From: Cyanophora paradoxa CCMP329
Taxonomy: Eukaryota > Plantae > Glaucophyta
Assembly: GCA_004431415.1 (NCBI GenBank)
Contig: QPMI01000462.1
Span: 1 to 40,146, forward strand
DNA length: 40,146 nucleotides
Direction: 5' to 3'
Shown here: one piece after another, positions 23,545 through 35,987 of the stretch
Numbering within the stretch: position 1 is the first letter of the stretch
Layout: each line of letters opens with the position of its first letter
Notes under the pieces: generated by a model
What the model was told of the DNA's origin: nothing
Database searches by the model: none
The model's input: the letters and a program-made list of their open reading frames with translations, nothing else
Program-made: the position numbers and the translations under genes

Positions 23545-23955
23545 CTACTTTATTGTGCCGGTTACGATTTCGCCGACGCGCGTAAGTGCAGATTCAAGCT
23601 CTGTTATACGTTCCCGGAGCGCATGCCGTCTCGCCTCTTCCGCTGCTACCTCGAGCTCCAGCTCGTCGATTCGTTGGCTGAGCTTGCCGGCCAATTCATC
23701 AGCTGCACGCACTACAACTTCAACGGCGCCATGCAAGTCTTGAACATTTCGTTGTAGGGCATTGAGCGCTTCCTCGTGTTCGGATTGTGTTCTCACCGCT
23801 CGGAAAGCAGCAGTCACCCGCATGATCTCTTGCACGGTTTGGCTCAGCTGCTGACGAGCCGCTGAAAATGTGAACCAAATCAGTTCTATAGTAGCCTGGT
23901 TAGCACACACAGCTGCAGGTTGGACGGTCTTACCTTCTTCTTCATTGCTTTCCAT
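23545..23955 (-). CDS. Small coiled-coil hypothetical protein
   Basis: 136-aa ORF with heptad-rich ALNALQRNVQDL..LSQRIDELELEV..LRERITELE. Confidence 0.55.
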   Translation of the reverse strand: MESNEEEGKTVQPAAVCANQATIELIWFTFSAARQQLSQTVQEIMRVTAAFRAVRTQSEHEEALNALQRNVQDLHGAVEVVVRAADELAGKLSQRIDELELEVAAEEARRHALRERITELESALTRVGEIVTGTIK

Positions 23956-26900
23956 GCCGCTTCACCGAGAACAGAACGGGTACAGAGAAATTGGAGCCTG
24001 GGTACATCCAGATCGCACGATGCACATCAGCGCTGGTTCCGAAGCCCTTTACATGCTAGCGCAACTCTGCGAGTCTCTTCTAAAAAGAAACGGTACGTTC
24101 GACCTCTACATGTGAAGCGCGCAGAACTCCCAAAGTCTGACGTGTCTGAAACAGAGCAGGAAACGTCATTCCCACCCGGGCCACGAAAACGCAAGCTCCG
24201 AATCCAGGCAACCGAGCCTCCGCCACCTCCGCCTTCTTTTTCGAATTCGACCGGAAGAGATGTCCAATGGACTGAACAGATTCCCAACGGCGTCAGCGAA
24301 TTCTTCATTCTAGCTCAACCGCCACTTGAATTTGGGCGCCATGGAAAAGCAGCACCCTCAACCATTCCAGCGTTCCAAAACTGCGTACTCCAGAAAAGAG
24401 CACCGATATCGACCGGGACTTTCTACGTCAGCCCTTCGTTAGCGAGTGGCGACACTGTCCACAGCTTTCAGACAAAATAAGGTCAACCATGCTGTACATT
24501 TCCATCGACTTTCGTGAGTCCGAAACACGCAGAAATCGCCTGGATCAAGCTGAAGTGGTTATATCATGCATAAGGTTGAGCCCTCCCATGCAGTTGAGCT
24601 CGAGGTTCAGGTTGCTGTACCTGACAAGAAGCATTTCCTAGCTCATGGCGCAACGATCCGCGAGTTGTGGCGAACAAGAGGCACTATGTCACGCTTCGAT
24701 TCTATCAGCGGTCCTTGTGGTACACGATTCTATCAGCGGTCCTTTTGATCGCGTTATGAATAAATTTCATTTTTTCATGCTTACTTTAAATTTCACGCGG
24801 GCGTGTTTGCAGCTCAGACCCGGTCCCTTTTCCACTTGCTCCGTTTGTTCGATATGTTCGCCTCCATCCATATATGGCATTTAAAGGGTCCGCATCCTTC
24901 CGCCGCATCGACACTACGGGGGTGGGCTTTGGTTTTCCCTGGTCATTGGTTTTACTATCCTGGTTGTAACTCGGCGCGCGGATTTCAGTTCAAGCTGAAA
25001 ATGTGCGCGCGAGTTCTCGAGTTCGAAGCAGACAATGGCGATCCATCAGTGCTTCGAGCTAAGGTGTGACCGTGTGATGCGGGCGAATGTTAGTAAAATC
25101 TGCCCGCAGCTGAAACATTACAGGTGCAGACAATGTTAAAGGAATCTGATCTCGCAGCATGGAATATCGACGCACTTTGTTATCAGGTCTGTGAACGAAG
25201 AAATTCGTCGACAAACGAAAAAGATAGATGATGTTCGGAAATTCAGGTCGGCGTATTCGCACAGCAGGCTGATTGTTCAATTCGACTCTTGGGGTGGGGA
25301 ACGACAGAACCTTTCACCAGTTGTTGCAAACAGAATGTCAAGGATAAACAGGTGCAGTTCAAATGCGGCCAGAACATGGCAATGCCGAATATCGAGATGG
25401 TGATTGCGTTCCCGATAACAGGCAGATGCAGGCCAACACCTGCGCCCGTTGTAGCCTCTAGTGCTCACCTTGCGTATACAAGCATGCGTATACAAGACCC
25501 GAGCAGTGAAGCAGACATCACTTGCCGTCATGTATGTTTTAAAAATACACTGATCAGACAATTGCCCTACAATTGCAATTGCATACTACAATGGAAAACT
25601 ACTGAACTCAAAATAAAATTGTCATGACATCGTACGCATCAAGCGCCTGATCATGAATGCTTCATCGATGTGCTAGGCTGGCTAGGCTGGCCTTTTTTCG
25701 GGGGGTACTCTGTTCCATTTTTGAACCTTGACGTCCGAGCTTTACAGGGCGAGCAGACCGGCATGCCAACGTGCACGCCAAGACCATGGCAAGGAGCGTT
25801 CGACTTGGGAGATGTTCAGTGCAAGCTTTTTTCACTACATGCTTATCGGAAAGCTGAAGTGCATGCGGTTACATGCAATCATCACAGCGCTTGCAATTGA
25901 CTGATACAGTGCTTGCGTTCGGATTTCAGCAATCCGCCGTGGGCGAAACCCACTTTCCTACATCAAAACTCAATTACTTTCGATCGTACGATACATGTAG
26001 TGGCACAGGAGTGGTACCCGCCGAGTCCAACGTTTTCGTGTGTTCCAGGAGCAGTGGGCCTCTTGATTCGCTTGTGGACATGTGTCATAAGCATTCGACC
26101 GCAGATTGTATTCGGAGGCAAGGGCAGTGTCCGAATTTCCGGAAATGTCACCTTCTGCTTCAAAGATCCCGACTCCGACAAGTACACTTGGAGGGGCAAT
26201 GCAGGGTAAAGCTTTATGTCGCGTTGTTGTTTACTTGAGGGGAATATATTGACGGCGCAGCTGGATGAAACACAACAAGAATGGGGAAAACAGTTCTTTG
26301 GAAATCGAAGTCCCAGGCTATACTATGTTCAGATCGCCCAAATCCGGCACCCCGGCAACTTTGTATATCGATGCGAAAGATCAGACGTACGAACTGGCAA
26401 TCATCGTGAAAACAAGTGCGTGAACAAACGAGATCTGAGCATGGCCACGGCCGCGGGCATCAGATCCGTATCAACTCATGACATCAGATCTGCGCAAATC
26501 TTGCGTCGAAAATCTTACATCAGAGGATAAAAAATGGATCGCGTTAACAGTATGTTTCTGCCTGAACTTTCCGCTCAGCTTCTGTTGAATGCGCGCTTCA
26601 CGCAGGCGATGGCCGATGCACTCGTAGGTTCCGAGAATTTGAAGCACTCAACGATTTCGACTTCAATGAATCGGAGTCCATCGCGCCTGGCATCGCTTGC
26701 TTATTCAACTGTGCAAGCTGCATTCCAAGCAAATTCGATCAACGCCACAGGCATCCGTTTCCAGAACTCTGCTACCGGCGAGCAGGTCGTCGAAAGCTTC
26801 ATTTTGTACTGTCTGCTTTCGAATTCATGGGGCTCACTTCAGTTGCTCTGCAGTTAACGCTCTCAAAAATGTCTGGACAGTATATTTTTAGCGCAAGCCA

Positions 26901-26961
26901 AGATCATGAACACGCTGTCAAACGACAGCGCACCGGTGCTACGAAATCGAAACCACAGATA
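23954..26961 (+). CDS. One or two multi-exon hypothetical genes with Cys-rich segments
   Basis: Chain of coding-like ORFs separated by short GT-AG introns; no family recognised. Confidence 0.35.
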
Positions 26962-27064
26962 GAGGAAGAACAGAATATCGACAGCAATGAATAAATCTCA
27001 TTAGACGCTTTGTACCCGTGGTCGGCCCTGTACCCCGGCCGTGTGCATTGGGCGCCCCGATGTT

Positions 27065-27433
27065 ATGATGATCATGATCGGTCCAGAGAGAAGTTCGAAT
27101 TCGATGCTCGATAGAGAATTACTTCAGTTGGATCATATGGCTGCAGCATCAGGCGCGAGTTTGTTTCGGCTTCAACGCGAGATGGAGCAAACGTATCGGG
27201 CATGTTTAGCCTGGGACGTTCGAGTGACTGCCTTGGAGAGAAAGATCCTCCAAATGCATTCTCATGGTCTGGTCGCTGACCTTCAGCGCGCGTATCAGAA
27301 GCAGTCCCGTCTTTACGTCAAGCGTCTTCAGCTAAGCCTCAAGCGCGCTGACATTTATCGCGACCTGTTAGCCGTGCATGCGACTCTGGCTTTGATTAGA
27401 TCTCTGATGCTTTGTGCAATGCTGAACTCATGA
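27065..27433 (+). CDS. Small helical/coiled-coil hypothetical protein
   Basis: Leu/Arg-rich ORF 27041-27433 with in-frame ATGs from 27065. Confidence 0.45.
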   Translation: MMIMIGPERSSNSMLDRELLQLDHMAAASGASLFRLQREMEQTYRACLAWDVRVTALERKILQMHSHGLVADLQRAYQKQSRLYVKRLQLSLKRADIYRDLLAVHATLALIRSLMLCAMLNS

Positions 27434-27499
27434 TATCACGATTGTTAAAATAAAACTGCAAGGTACATTTTCAATTGCACATGGCGGCACTGCATGATC

Positions 27500-29233
27500 A
27501 TTCCTTGGGCGATGCGCGTTGAAAAACGGTGACTATGATGTGGATTCGTGGGCGTGGTCACAGTTAAAGAGATATGCTTGCACAACGTTGCTGAATCCCC
27601 TTGCGAAATCCTCGTCACACGCTTGTTTCAAATGAGTCTCGACATCCACCCATAAAATGCGGAAGTCGTATGTGGCCTGTGGTTAAACCCGTGACCTTCG
27701 AAACATGAAGAAACAGATATGAGTTACCCTGATAAGGTTATTGTGGGTATTGATGTATGCCTCTGCCGCCGGCATCCAGCCGTCGTCCTCTTCATTTTGC
27801 GTTGCTGTCTCCCACTGCAGAAAACCAGAAGTTGAGATCTGCAAACGTTGCACAAAACAATAGCAGTAAACGTACTTCATAGATAGCTCGGGCAGTTTCA
27901 AGGCAATGCCCTCGCTCGCGAGTCATTTCCATAAGCACCAGCTTGGCAGGTCGAGTTCGTATTCCCACATTTACGTTTGCAGGTCGTTCATAATATGGTT
28001 TCAGCACATCCGCAGCCTTCTTGAGACCCATTTCAGCCACCCGGAATCGGATGTAAAGATGCTGCGAAGCCATTTAAAACACAAATCCTGTCCGCGATGC
28101 TGTCTTTGCTTGCAAAATATCCTTCGAAACCTTTTACCTTAAGAAGGCTCTGATCCTTGTTGTTGAGATCGTCCCATTTTCGTGGGCGCCGAAACAGTGC
28201 CATGATGTTACTGATCTGAGCTTCTGAGATCACAGGTTCCAACAGCCACTCGCGAATGATGCCAGCGACGTGTGTCGGCAGAACAGGTGAACGTGTCGCA
28301 ACGGGTCGCTTGTTGGAGAAGTCTGAGAAAGCGTTGCTTCGTGTTTCGTGATTCAACAAGAAAATGCGGGTGAAGGCAAAGCGAAGCGGGTGCCCAGGAG
28401 GAAAAATGGGTCGCAGACGTGTGTTTCCGCGCCATGGGCCACTTCGGGTTGGAACCCAGCCATCAGTCTTCATCGTGCGCGACGCAGCCATCCACGTTTC
28501 CACAGATAAGCCGCAATCGACTTCGTTGGTTATCACGTGAGCAAGAACTCCTGGTCGACGACACGGCCAAGGAGAGAGTAAAATACCATCACGCCAGTGC
28601 CGCGAGAAAAATCCGACTTGGTCGCGGCAATGCCAACTTAGCTGAATGTCGTCCGGCCGTTGGACGAAACGAATGAATGTTGGGAAGGTGGTCTTGAACG
28701 GCGGGAATTTGTTGCAGGCTTGGCATGGATGAACAATATCACCGTGTTGCACGAAAAAATCTTTGCAGCAAAGACCACAGGCTTCTTTGCAGGCACATTT
28801 TACTGGAATTGCTTTCGGAAAACCGGAGTTGATCAGACGTGCTGTCACAGGATCGCTCATGTCGAAAGCGGGTGCGGGATTGCCGACATCCTCTGCAGTG
28901 GTCCTGAAAACACAAGGTCAATAACTCTAAAGCACTCAGCACACAAATGTTATTATCCACACCTATGCCTGCCGGCGCCAGTGCTGCCGGCCGCTGCCGA
29001 TATCGATGGCGATACGGTCGTATCCAGCGACGTCGACTGCACCTGGTTTGCATTCTCCGCTCTCTCCCTGTCGGATGGCATGAGCGAAAACATTGTTGTC
29101 TTTCACTTCGAAAACATACCCAGCTGACTCTTGAAACGTGTGCTCAAGATCTAAGTCTGCTGCCTCCGCTGCTGGTAGCACTTCGGGCGACAGGACGTCG
29201 ACGTGCTCACCGTCTGGAGATTTAACGTCCCAT
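27500..29233 (-). CDS. Multi-exon hypothetical protein with a Cys cluster (CxC..CxxCC..CxxC)
   Basis: 275-aa ORF 28033-28860 plus flanking exon-like segments. Confidence 0.45.
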
Positions 29234-29345
29234 GTATCATGTGCAGCCGAAGGGCCGAAGAGGATTTTCCTGATACCGCCTAGCATTGGCACCAAAAAGT
29301 GTGGTTTCGAAGATGTACCGCCCTGGCGCTCTACTACCCGACATC

Positions 29346-29442
29346 CCCCCCTCCCCCCCCCCCCTACAACAACAACAACAACAACTAAAACAACAACAAC
29401 ACACACACGCATGTACACACACACACAAACACATCAACACAT
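29346..29442. repeat. Poly-C, (ACA)n and (AC)n microsatellite tract
   Basis: Seen directly in the sequence. Confidence 0.85.
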
Positions 29443-29471
29443 GCAAAAGTGCGTAGAGAATTCCGATGTAA

Positions 29472-30056
29472 ATGTCACTCACGATGACTCACGATCACGG
29501 CAGATCGAACTCGATAACCTCGACGTGTAAGAGCTCGAGGCGTGTTACCTTCCCGGACGGCCATTCCTTCTGGGTTTCTTCAGACACAGTCGAACATCGG
29601 AATGCATCTGGACAAGTATTGTGGACCGTAGAGCACAGTGCTCAGATTACAAGTGGCTCGCTGGATCTTTACAAATATTGCTCCATGTCGCGAACACACA
29701 TGGCAGCCTTTCGTGAAGCGGGCTTATTCGGTGAGGCACTCGTGGTGGTTTCAAGTGAGACGGAGCTTTTGTTCTTGGACGTACTGTCCGGTGAGCAGAG
29801 GATCGTGTTCTCGGAGGACGGTGTTGCCGCGTGTGTGTGGACTGCGAGCAGCTGGCGCCCGTATCGCATCATCCGAGCTGGTCAAGCTGGCGAATGGGAG
29901 CACTTTTCGGCTAAATTCCCTTCTCGAGTGGAGCTGGACAGCGATAATTGGGACATTGTGGGGATGCCGGATCCCCATACTATCATCTGCCTTTTCCCGA
30001 TGGAAACGTCAAGCGATTTGCGATTCACGGCATCAACGGCAACCGCAATGCCCTAA
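29472..30056 (+). CDS. Hypothetical protein (194-aa ORF)
   Basis: ATG-started ORF with globular-looking composition; no family recognised. Confidence 0.45.
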   Translation: MSLTMTHDHGRSNSITSTCKSSRRVTFPDGHSFWVSSDTVEHRNASGQVLWTVEHSAQITSGSLDLYKYCSMSRTHMAAFREAGLFGEALVVVSSETELLFLDVLSGEQRIVFSEDGVAACVWTASSWRPYRIIRAGQAGEWEHFSAKFPSRVELDSDNWDIVGMPDPHTIICLFPMETSSDLRFTASTATAMP

Positions 30057-30181
30057 TCTGTCAGTTTGAAAGCATCGCGATTGAATACGAAGTGCCTGTA
30101 TCTTCCGAGAACTAGTTCTAGGTATACCGGAATGGAAATGGAAATTTGATTAATCTTGTCTGAAAACAAAGCTTGCGCTCC

Positions 30182-30284
30182 CGTGCGCGTTCTAGTGTTT
30201 AAGCCAGATACCGATATCTTGGCGCCCTAGGAGCTCGTGCGCGTTCTAGTGTTAAAGCCAGATATCGATATCTTGGCGCCCTAG
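30182..30284 (+). repeat. 49-bp direct repeat x2 in a palindrome-rich spacer
   Basis: CGTGCGCGTTCTAGTGTT(T/A)AAGCCAGATA(C/T)CGATATCTTGGCGCCCTAG at 30182 and 30236. Confidence 0.9.
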
Positions 30285-30899
30285 AAGCAATCGATCGATA
30301 TCGATATCGATAATTTGCCGGCGCCCCCAGGAGCTAAAGCTGGTCCCCCCAGGAGCCAACATCGGCCAAAGGAGCGTCGGGCAAGTACCCCCCCCCTCGG
30401 GTTTTCCGGCAGCAGGTACCCCCAACCGGTACCGGTCCGGTTGAATTCGTCGAGTCGCAGTTGTCAGCTCAAACTCGTACTAGGTGGCGCGTTCTAGTCG
30501 CGTGGTCAGCCGTGCTTACTTGCAAGCGAATACGGAGTGCTAGTATAATAAGCGATGCAAGTGCTATACTCCACGGCCAGTCGCAAACGACGTCTGAGTG
30601 GCGGTAAGTCGTCTCTGAACGTGGCGTCTTGGAACGCGCGCCTGATTTTCAGCTTCAAAGTTCAAATCGGCCGAAGTTCAAATCCTTCATATTCGCCTTT
30701 GGGTGACGAAGCAGTGGGTATTCACATTCCCAGTGTATCCAAAACTCACGTTGCGGTACTAATGCCACTAACGCTGCAGGTTTCAGTGCAGTTTACGAGC
30801 CAGGTGCCTTCCCGTCTATCTCGCGAGTTTTGACTCTCAAACCTACTCAAACACAACATTCGAAGGCGAAGACTCAAACACACTAATACAAGACGAGTT

Positions 30900-32120
30900 T
30901 ACAATTCGAAAACCGTTGCGAAATCGCTTTTTGCGTCCAGGTGGGCACTCGGTTTCCTCGCCATTTTGAACCAAATGCCAACCCCCCAGCAGACATTCAG
31001 AAATGCATTGTGCCATTTCGAGCAGTCATCCAAAACATTGAACAATTCCTTGCGTCTTCTGGAAAGGAAGCCAAACGAATCAACCTCTGCTTTGAAGTCT
31101 ATTCATGGGCGCTTGCGTCGGTAACGCATACCGATCTTTGGGGTCCTGAGGTTGTTTTTTTCGAAGATCTTTTTATAAAAGGTGAGCTAAGCACACGCAG
31201 CCCGATCTCGTCAGGCCCTTTGAATCCAGCTTGCAGGCCTCAAAAGAGAATTGGACGTGTGCGGGTTCGGGCGTGGATTCGATCTTCTGTTTGCAGAGCT
31301 TGACCCATTTCCAGTCATACCAAAACCGGAGGATATTTCATTAGCGAAGCTACTTGCTTTATGTATGATCGAACGTATGTTTTCGTTCTTTTGTCAAGAC
31401 ACATGTCACCTGACAGTGCCCTAGATAATCCCGAAAACAAGTCATCACCACTTCATTCACTCTGTGTCCGAGCAGCATCGACAACGATATTCGCGGCGTG
31501 GGCAAGAGTCGCGGAATTGACCAAAGATCTCGAAACTGTGCTTCTGCACGAAAAAGAGCAGGACACGTTTCGTAACAGAGCTGTTCAAATTGCACGCTTA
31601 ATCGTGTTTGGATATATGCATGCTGGTGAATTTTGATTCTTCGGTATTCGTTTTTGTGATAAAACGTTGCTGATCTATTTTTGTCGCAGCCTTGATCTGT
31701 CAAATCCGTGCCCCAGCCGAAGTGCTTCTGAAGGCGGCTGTTGTGAATGCATTTCATGACCTCAGACAAGAAGTCCAGAATGATTTCATCCAACTCCATC
31801 CTCAATTGCACAGGGCTGATTTTCAGCTAGGTGTGTTATATTGATCGGTCTTTGTACATGTATGGTTGCCAATAACGTTTTGGAAGAAAATGTTTCGCAG
31901 GGTGCAAGCACTGCTGAACTTCGGTGCCTGGAACATTTATCGCTCGCAACATTGTATTCCGTGAGCCATGTGGGCGCAATTTGGCGCACAAGTTATCCTT
32001 CTTCGGCTTTGCGATCTTGTCTTCGAGCACACACTTCAATTCCGAGCTCGAGTCTCCAACGATTTGTATCCTTGCTTCTTGTTCTCGGTTTGTCGAACCT
32101 GAAGCTTCGATTGCAAAGAT
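30900..32120 (-). CDS. Multi-exon hypothetical protein
   Basis: Coding-like minus-strand segments (ORFs 31836-32039 and 31359-31811, and ~30900-31330) separated by short intron-like gaps. Confidence 0.4.
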
Positions 32121-32143
32121 GCATCTGAGGCCCGAAAACAGAA

Positions 32144-34787
32144 ATGCGGGAAAGATTTCAGTTGGGGCATCCTCATCGAATCAAACCTGAATCCGACTTG
32201 CGAAAAGATCCTTCTGAGAAGGTCAAAAAGCAGTTGGTTGACGCATCAGCTGCCTTCATCGACCTTGTGTTCAAGATGAGCGATATGCTGCAGAGCGCCC
32301 AGGGGATCCCTATTCCAAGTGAGTGAAATATTCCTTCCTATAAGGAATAGGGCCTTTTTAAGTGCCGTTTTTCTTGCGTCGTATTTCGAAGTCCTGATGT
32401 CAAAATCAGAGACGCTCGCACAACATATGCATCACTCTATCGGCGCTCACGTGCACCATTCTACGCCGACGTCGGAGCAGTGCGAACCTGTCGATTCTGG
32501 TGTCCCATTGACAGCTTGGAGCCATTTGTGCTTGGACGTTTTGGACGCTCTTTTTGATGTCATCGGTCTCGCGGGCGTCCTCGACGCTCCTGATCAAGGA
32601 CTGCTTCGTGTTTCCCAATACTTTATGCAGTCGTTCAAGAATCATCGTTGGAAAGAACTCCAAATTGGGACGCTCTGGGCCGACACCAAAGCTCTCCAGA
32701 AGCTGCGATGGATTCGACATCGTTTTGCAAACGGGTCTCTGAAGCTCAGGAACCCCCTTCAACTATCGATCACTCTTCACACTCAACCGGATATGTCTAC
32801 GGCAACTCAAGCTGCCCAAGAAGTTCTCGGTCTTCTTCGTTGCTTATCGCGAGGAGGAATTCGCCTGCAGTCCTTTTTTCTCGAGTGTTCTGTTCCAGAC
32901 TCCCACGCATTCCGCTCCGCTGTAATCGAAACACTCGGGAACGGTCTCTCGGCTGTTCGTCTTGACATTTGTGAGCATCGTAATATCCGGCACTTCGAGG
33001 AGTATCTTCGACATACTGAAACTGATTCGGTGCCACATCTCAGCTGCGATTTTACCGAGCCGTCCAATTTCAGCGCATCGATTCCATCGATGCAACATTT
33101 CAACACCTTCCTATCTTTTATGCAGAGTTTGCATCGCCTTCAGTCGCTTGATTTGCGTTCACATGGCATCGGCGGATTTTTCGAGCTGGATGATGTTCTA
33201 CGAATTGGAGCTGCAACGCGGGCACTCGTCTGTCTTCGTGTTCCTCTGCAGAATGTCACCGCTCGAACTCCTTCACAGCTCGTCGCTGCCCTTCCAAACC
33301 TGCAGGTGCTTTGAATGCATCCCACTCAACAACAAGTCTTATTTGCACAGGAACTGGAGATTCGGGGTGAAAACGTTCCTTTTTACGGCGCGGAAAACTC
33401 TCCACCTATTGCTAGCAGTGGCAGTGTCAATTTGAAAACTCTTGGTAGCTTCGTTGGATTATTACTGGTGTCATACGTTCATTTATCTGAACTTCCACGT
33501 GCGCAGTGCTCGACTTTCCAATGCGAAAGGGGATGTTCACTGCGATCATAGCCTCGATTTTTGGTGTGATCGATTATCTGTCCGACACTGAAGACTCGGA
33601 CAAAGAAATCGCGAGCTCATCGCGAACACTTCCAAATGTCATTTTCGGCGGTTCCGGGCCCCGCAGACTGGATTTGGTATTTCGTCGTCTCTTATGGCCT
33701 TGAAGCATGGGGTCGTCTTCGATTGCAACGATATTTCTGCGATTGCTAAACTGGTCTGAAAGTATTTTTCAAACATTAAGCACGTTCTCTGACCTGAGTT
33801 CAGGAATCTTGTGCATTTCATGTTCCTTGCACATGGCTGGCGAAGCGAAATCTGGATTACTTTTCCCAATCAACATGCAAGATTCCGTTCAGCAGATCAC
33901 TTCAGAGCATGAGTTATGTGATTTTGAATCACCATGAATCTAATCGACTTGCGTCACTTTCTTCAAATATACCGTCTCTCCTACATCTCCGCCTCACGTT
34001 TCATCTGCGCTTCCGTCGCATATACGATGACATGGCGGAGCCGAATGAAGGGTTTATTGCCCATGAGAATCAGCAAGAATGCCTGTCTGCATGGAGTGAT
34101 GCCCTCAGCTCTCGCCATCTCAGTTCCCAGTTAAAGAGTGTCAGCCTTCACCTTGTTGGAGCTCGAGATTATGTTTCGGTGGCACTTGCCGAACTCATCT
34201 TTGCAGCAAGGAACACGTTGCGTGAGTTTTGTTACGTGGGTGAACCTTTTGGAGAACCGGTCGCGATTGCTCTCTCGACATGCAAACGTCTTCAACGAAT
34301 CCATGTCGTTTTCGAAAACTTTAGACCTTCCAAGCTCTCAACAGAATGGCCGATAGGTTATCAGCCGCTTTCGGAAGCCCTGTCTTCCCCGCAGGAGAGC
34401 GAGGCATCTGTTCCATTGGATATTTGGATGCAAGAGCTGATTCCTTTGGCGCGATGCAAGCCGGACGTGCTGGCAGAGTGCAGTATTGCTTTCAGTCGTT
34501 GCCGCGGTAGTGTCACCGACGACTATGCCGCGCGTCTGCTTCACATTCTCCCATACTGGACGATTTCGGAGTGTTTGTGCGGAGGCCATACTGGACGAAA
34601 TGCCTGCGGCTACGTCGTGTACACGGAGGGAAACGAGAAATGCCGTCTTCTGGACTTCCGTCAGCAGGCGGCGCAGCGCTCGTGTGATTTTCATTTTCGG
34701 GATACATATGCAGCTATGTTAAGAGGACTTTACGGAGAAATGACTTGCATGATGCCGTCGTGTAATGAATGTCTTCCGGCTTCTTAG
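32144..34787 (+). CDS. F-box/LRR-like protein, multi-exon
   Basis: AWSHLCLDVLDALFDVI..LLRVSQYF (F-box-like); LHRLQSLDLRS, LPNLQVL, IPSLLHLRLT and CKRLQRIHV LRR segments; long ORFs 32319-33314 and 33909-34787. Confidence 0.62.
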
Positions 34788-34799
34788 AACAGTGTACTA

Positions 34800-35545
34800 G
34801 GACCAATCATGATCATGTACTGGAGTTAACGTTCCGATGGCCGGGCACGGGTCGTGATCTTGATCATGAGCCCCGGGCCCCGGGCATGGCTGCCCTTCCT
34901 GCAGCTCAGCGGCTGTACATGTGATCGCACCTCGCCGCCGGCGCCCCGGGGGCTACTTGCCTCTGCCACTGCCGCCGTGCCACGCGCATGTACGGTGCTG
35001 ATCACGAATCATGCTCATGATCATGAGGCCCGGGCCCGGGGCTTGGTTGCCCTCCCTGCAGCGGAAGTCACATTTTCCCCGCCTGGGCCCCAGGGGCCTC
35101 CGCGGGCTCCCTTCAAGGCTTCCTAAAGATCTCAAAGTCTGCCAATGCCGCACTGCCACATGTTCACTGAGTCAGTGCTCATTACGAGACATGACATGAT
35201 CATGAGCCCCGGACCTGGCTGCCCTGCCTCAGGGCCTGCAGCTGTGATCCCACCGGTACCTCGCCCCGGGGCCGGCGCCTCCGAGGCCGGGCGCCCTGAG
35301 GGCTCTAGCTCCTGGAGTCCTCGCCTCTGCCACTGCCGCCGTGCCACGCGCATGTACGGTGCTGATCATGAGGCCCGGGCCTGGGGCTCGTCATGCCATG
35401 ATGAGTCATGATATGATCATATAAGCCCCGGGCCTGGCTGCCCTAGGCCTGCCTTCAACTGTAGCCGATGTCACGATCGCAAGTCGTGGTACGGTCCGAT
35501 GATCATTATCGATATCATTCATGAGCCCCGGGCCCGGCTTCAATT
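34800..35545 (+). repeat. Degenerate ~160-180-bp tandem repeat anchored on TGATCATGAG(G/C)CCCGG
   Basis: Anchors at 34861, 35018, 35197 and 35363; an exact 46-bp duplicate at 34959-35004 and 35323-35368. Confidence 0.8.
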
Positions 35546-35743
35546 TCTCCGGAGTTATGATTGCTCATTGTACACTAGCTTTTTTCCAAATAGCCATACG
35601 GGGGCATTGTTGTATTGGCAGAGACCACAAATGCGACCTGAACGCTGGTAAATATAGGCTATTATATAGCCCGGGCCAGGACATTCGTTGCTAGGAGGGC
35701 TGGGACCTACCCAAACTGCCTTCCGAGTTCTAACTAGCCCCCC

Positions 35744-35987
35744 GGGGGATGGTGGAATGGGAAGGGGGGGTCTTGGCGGGGGGAGTCGGCACCAGGCAGG
35801 GTCGGGGGGGGCCTTGGCGGGCGCTGGGGGTCGGGGGGGTGGAATGGGAAGGGGGATCTTGGCGGGGGAGTCGGCACCAGGCAGGGTCGGGGGGGCCTTG
35901 GCGGGCGCTGGGGGGGCGGGGGCCGCATGCCTGGGGGGGGATGGGGGGGGTACGCGGACCGGCTTCGGGGGGGGGGGGGGGGGGGGG
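35744..35987 (+). repeat. G-rich ~85-bp tandem duplication followed by poly-G
   Basis: GGTGGAATGGGAAGGGGG..GAGTCGGCACCAGGCAGGGTCGGG..CCTTGGCGGGCGCTGGGGG occurs twice; long G run ends at ~35987. Confidence 0.85.
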
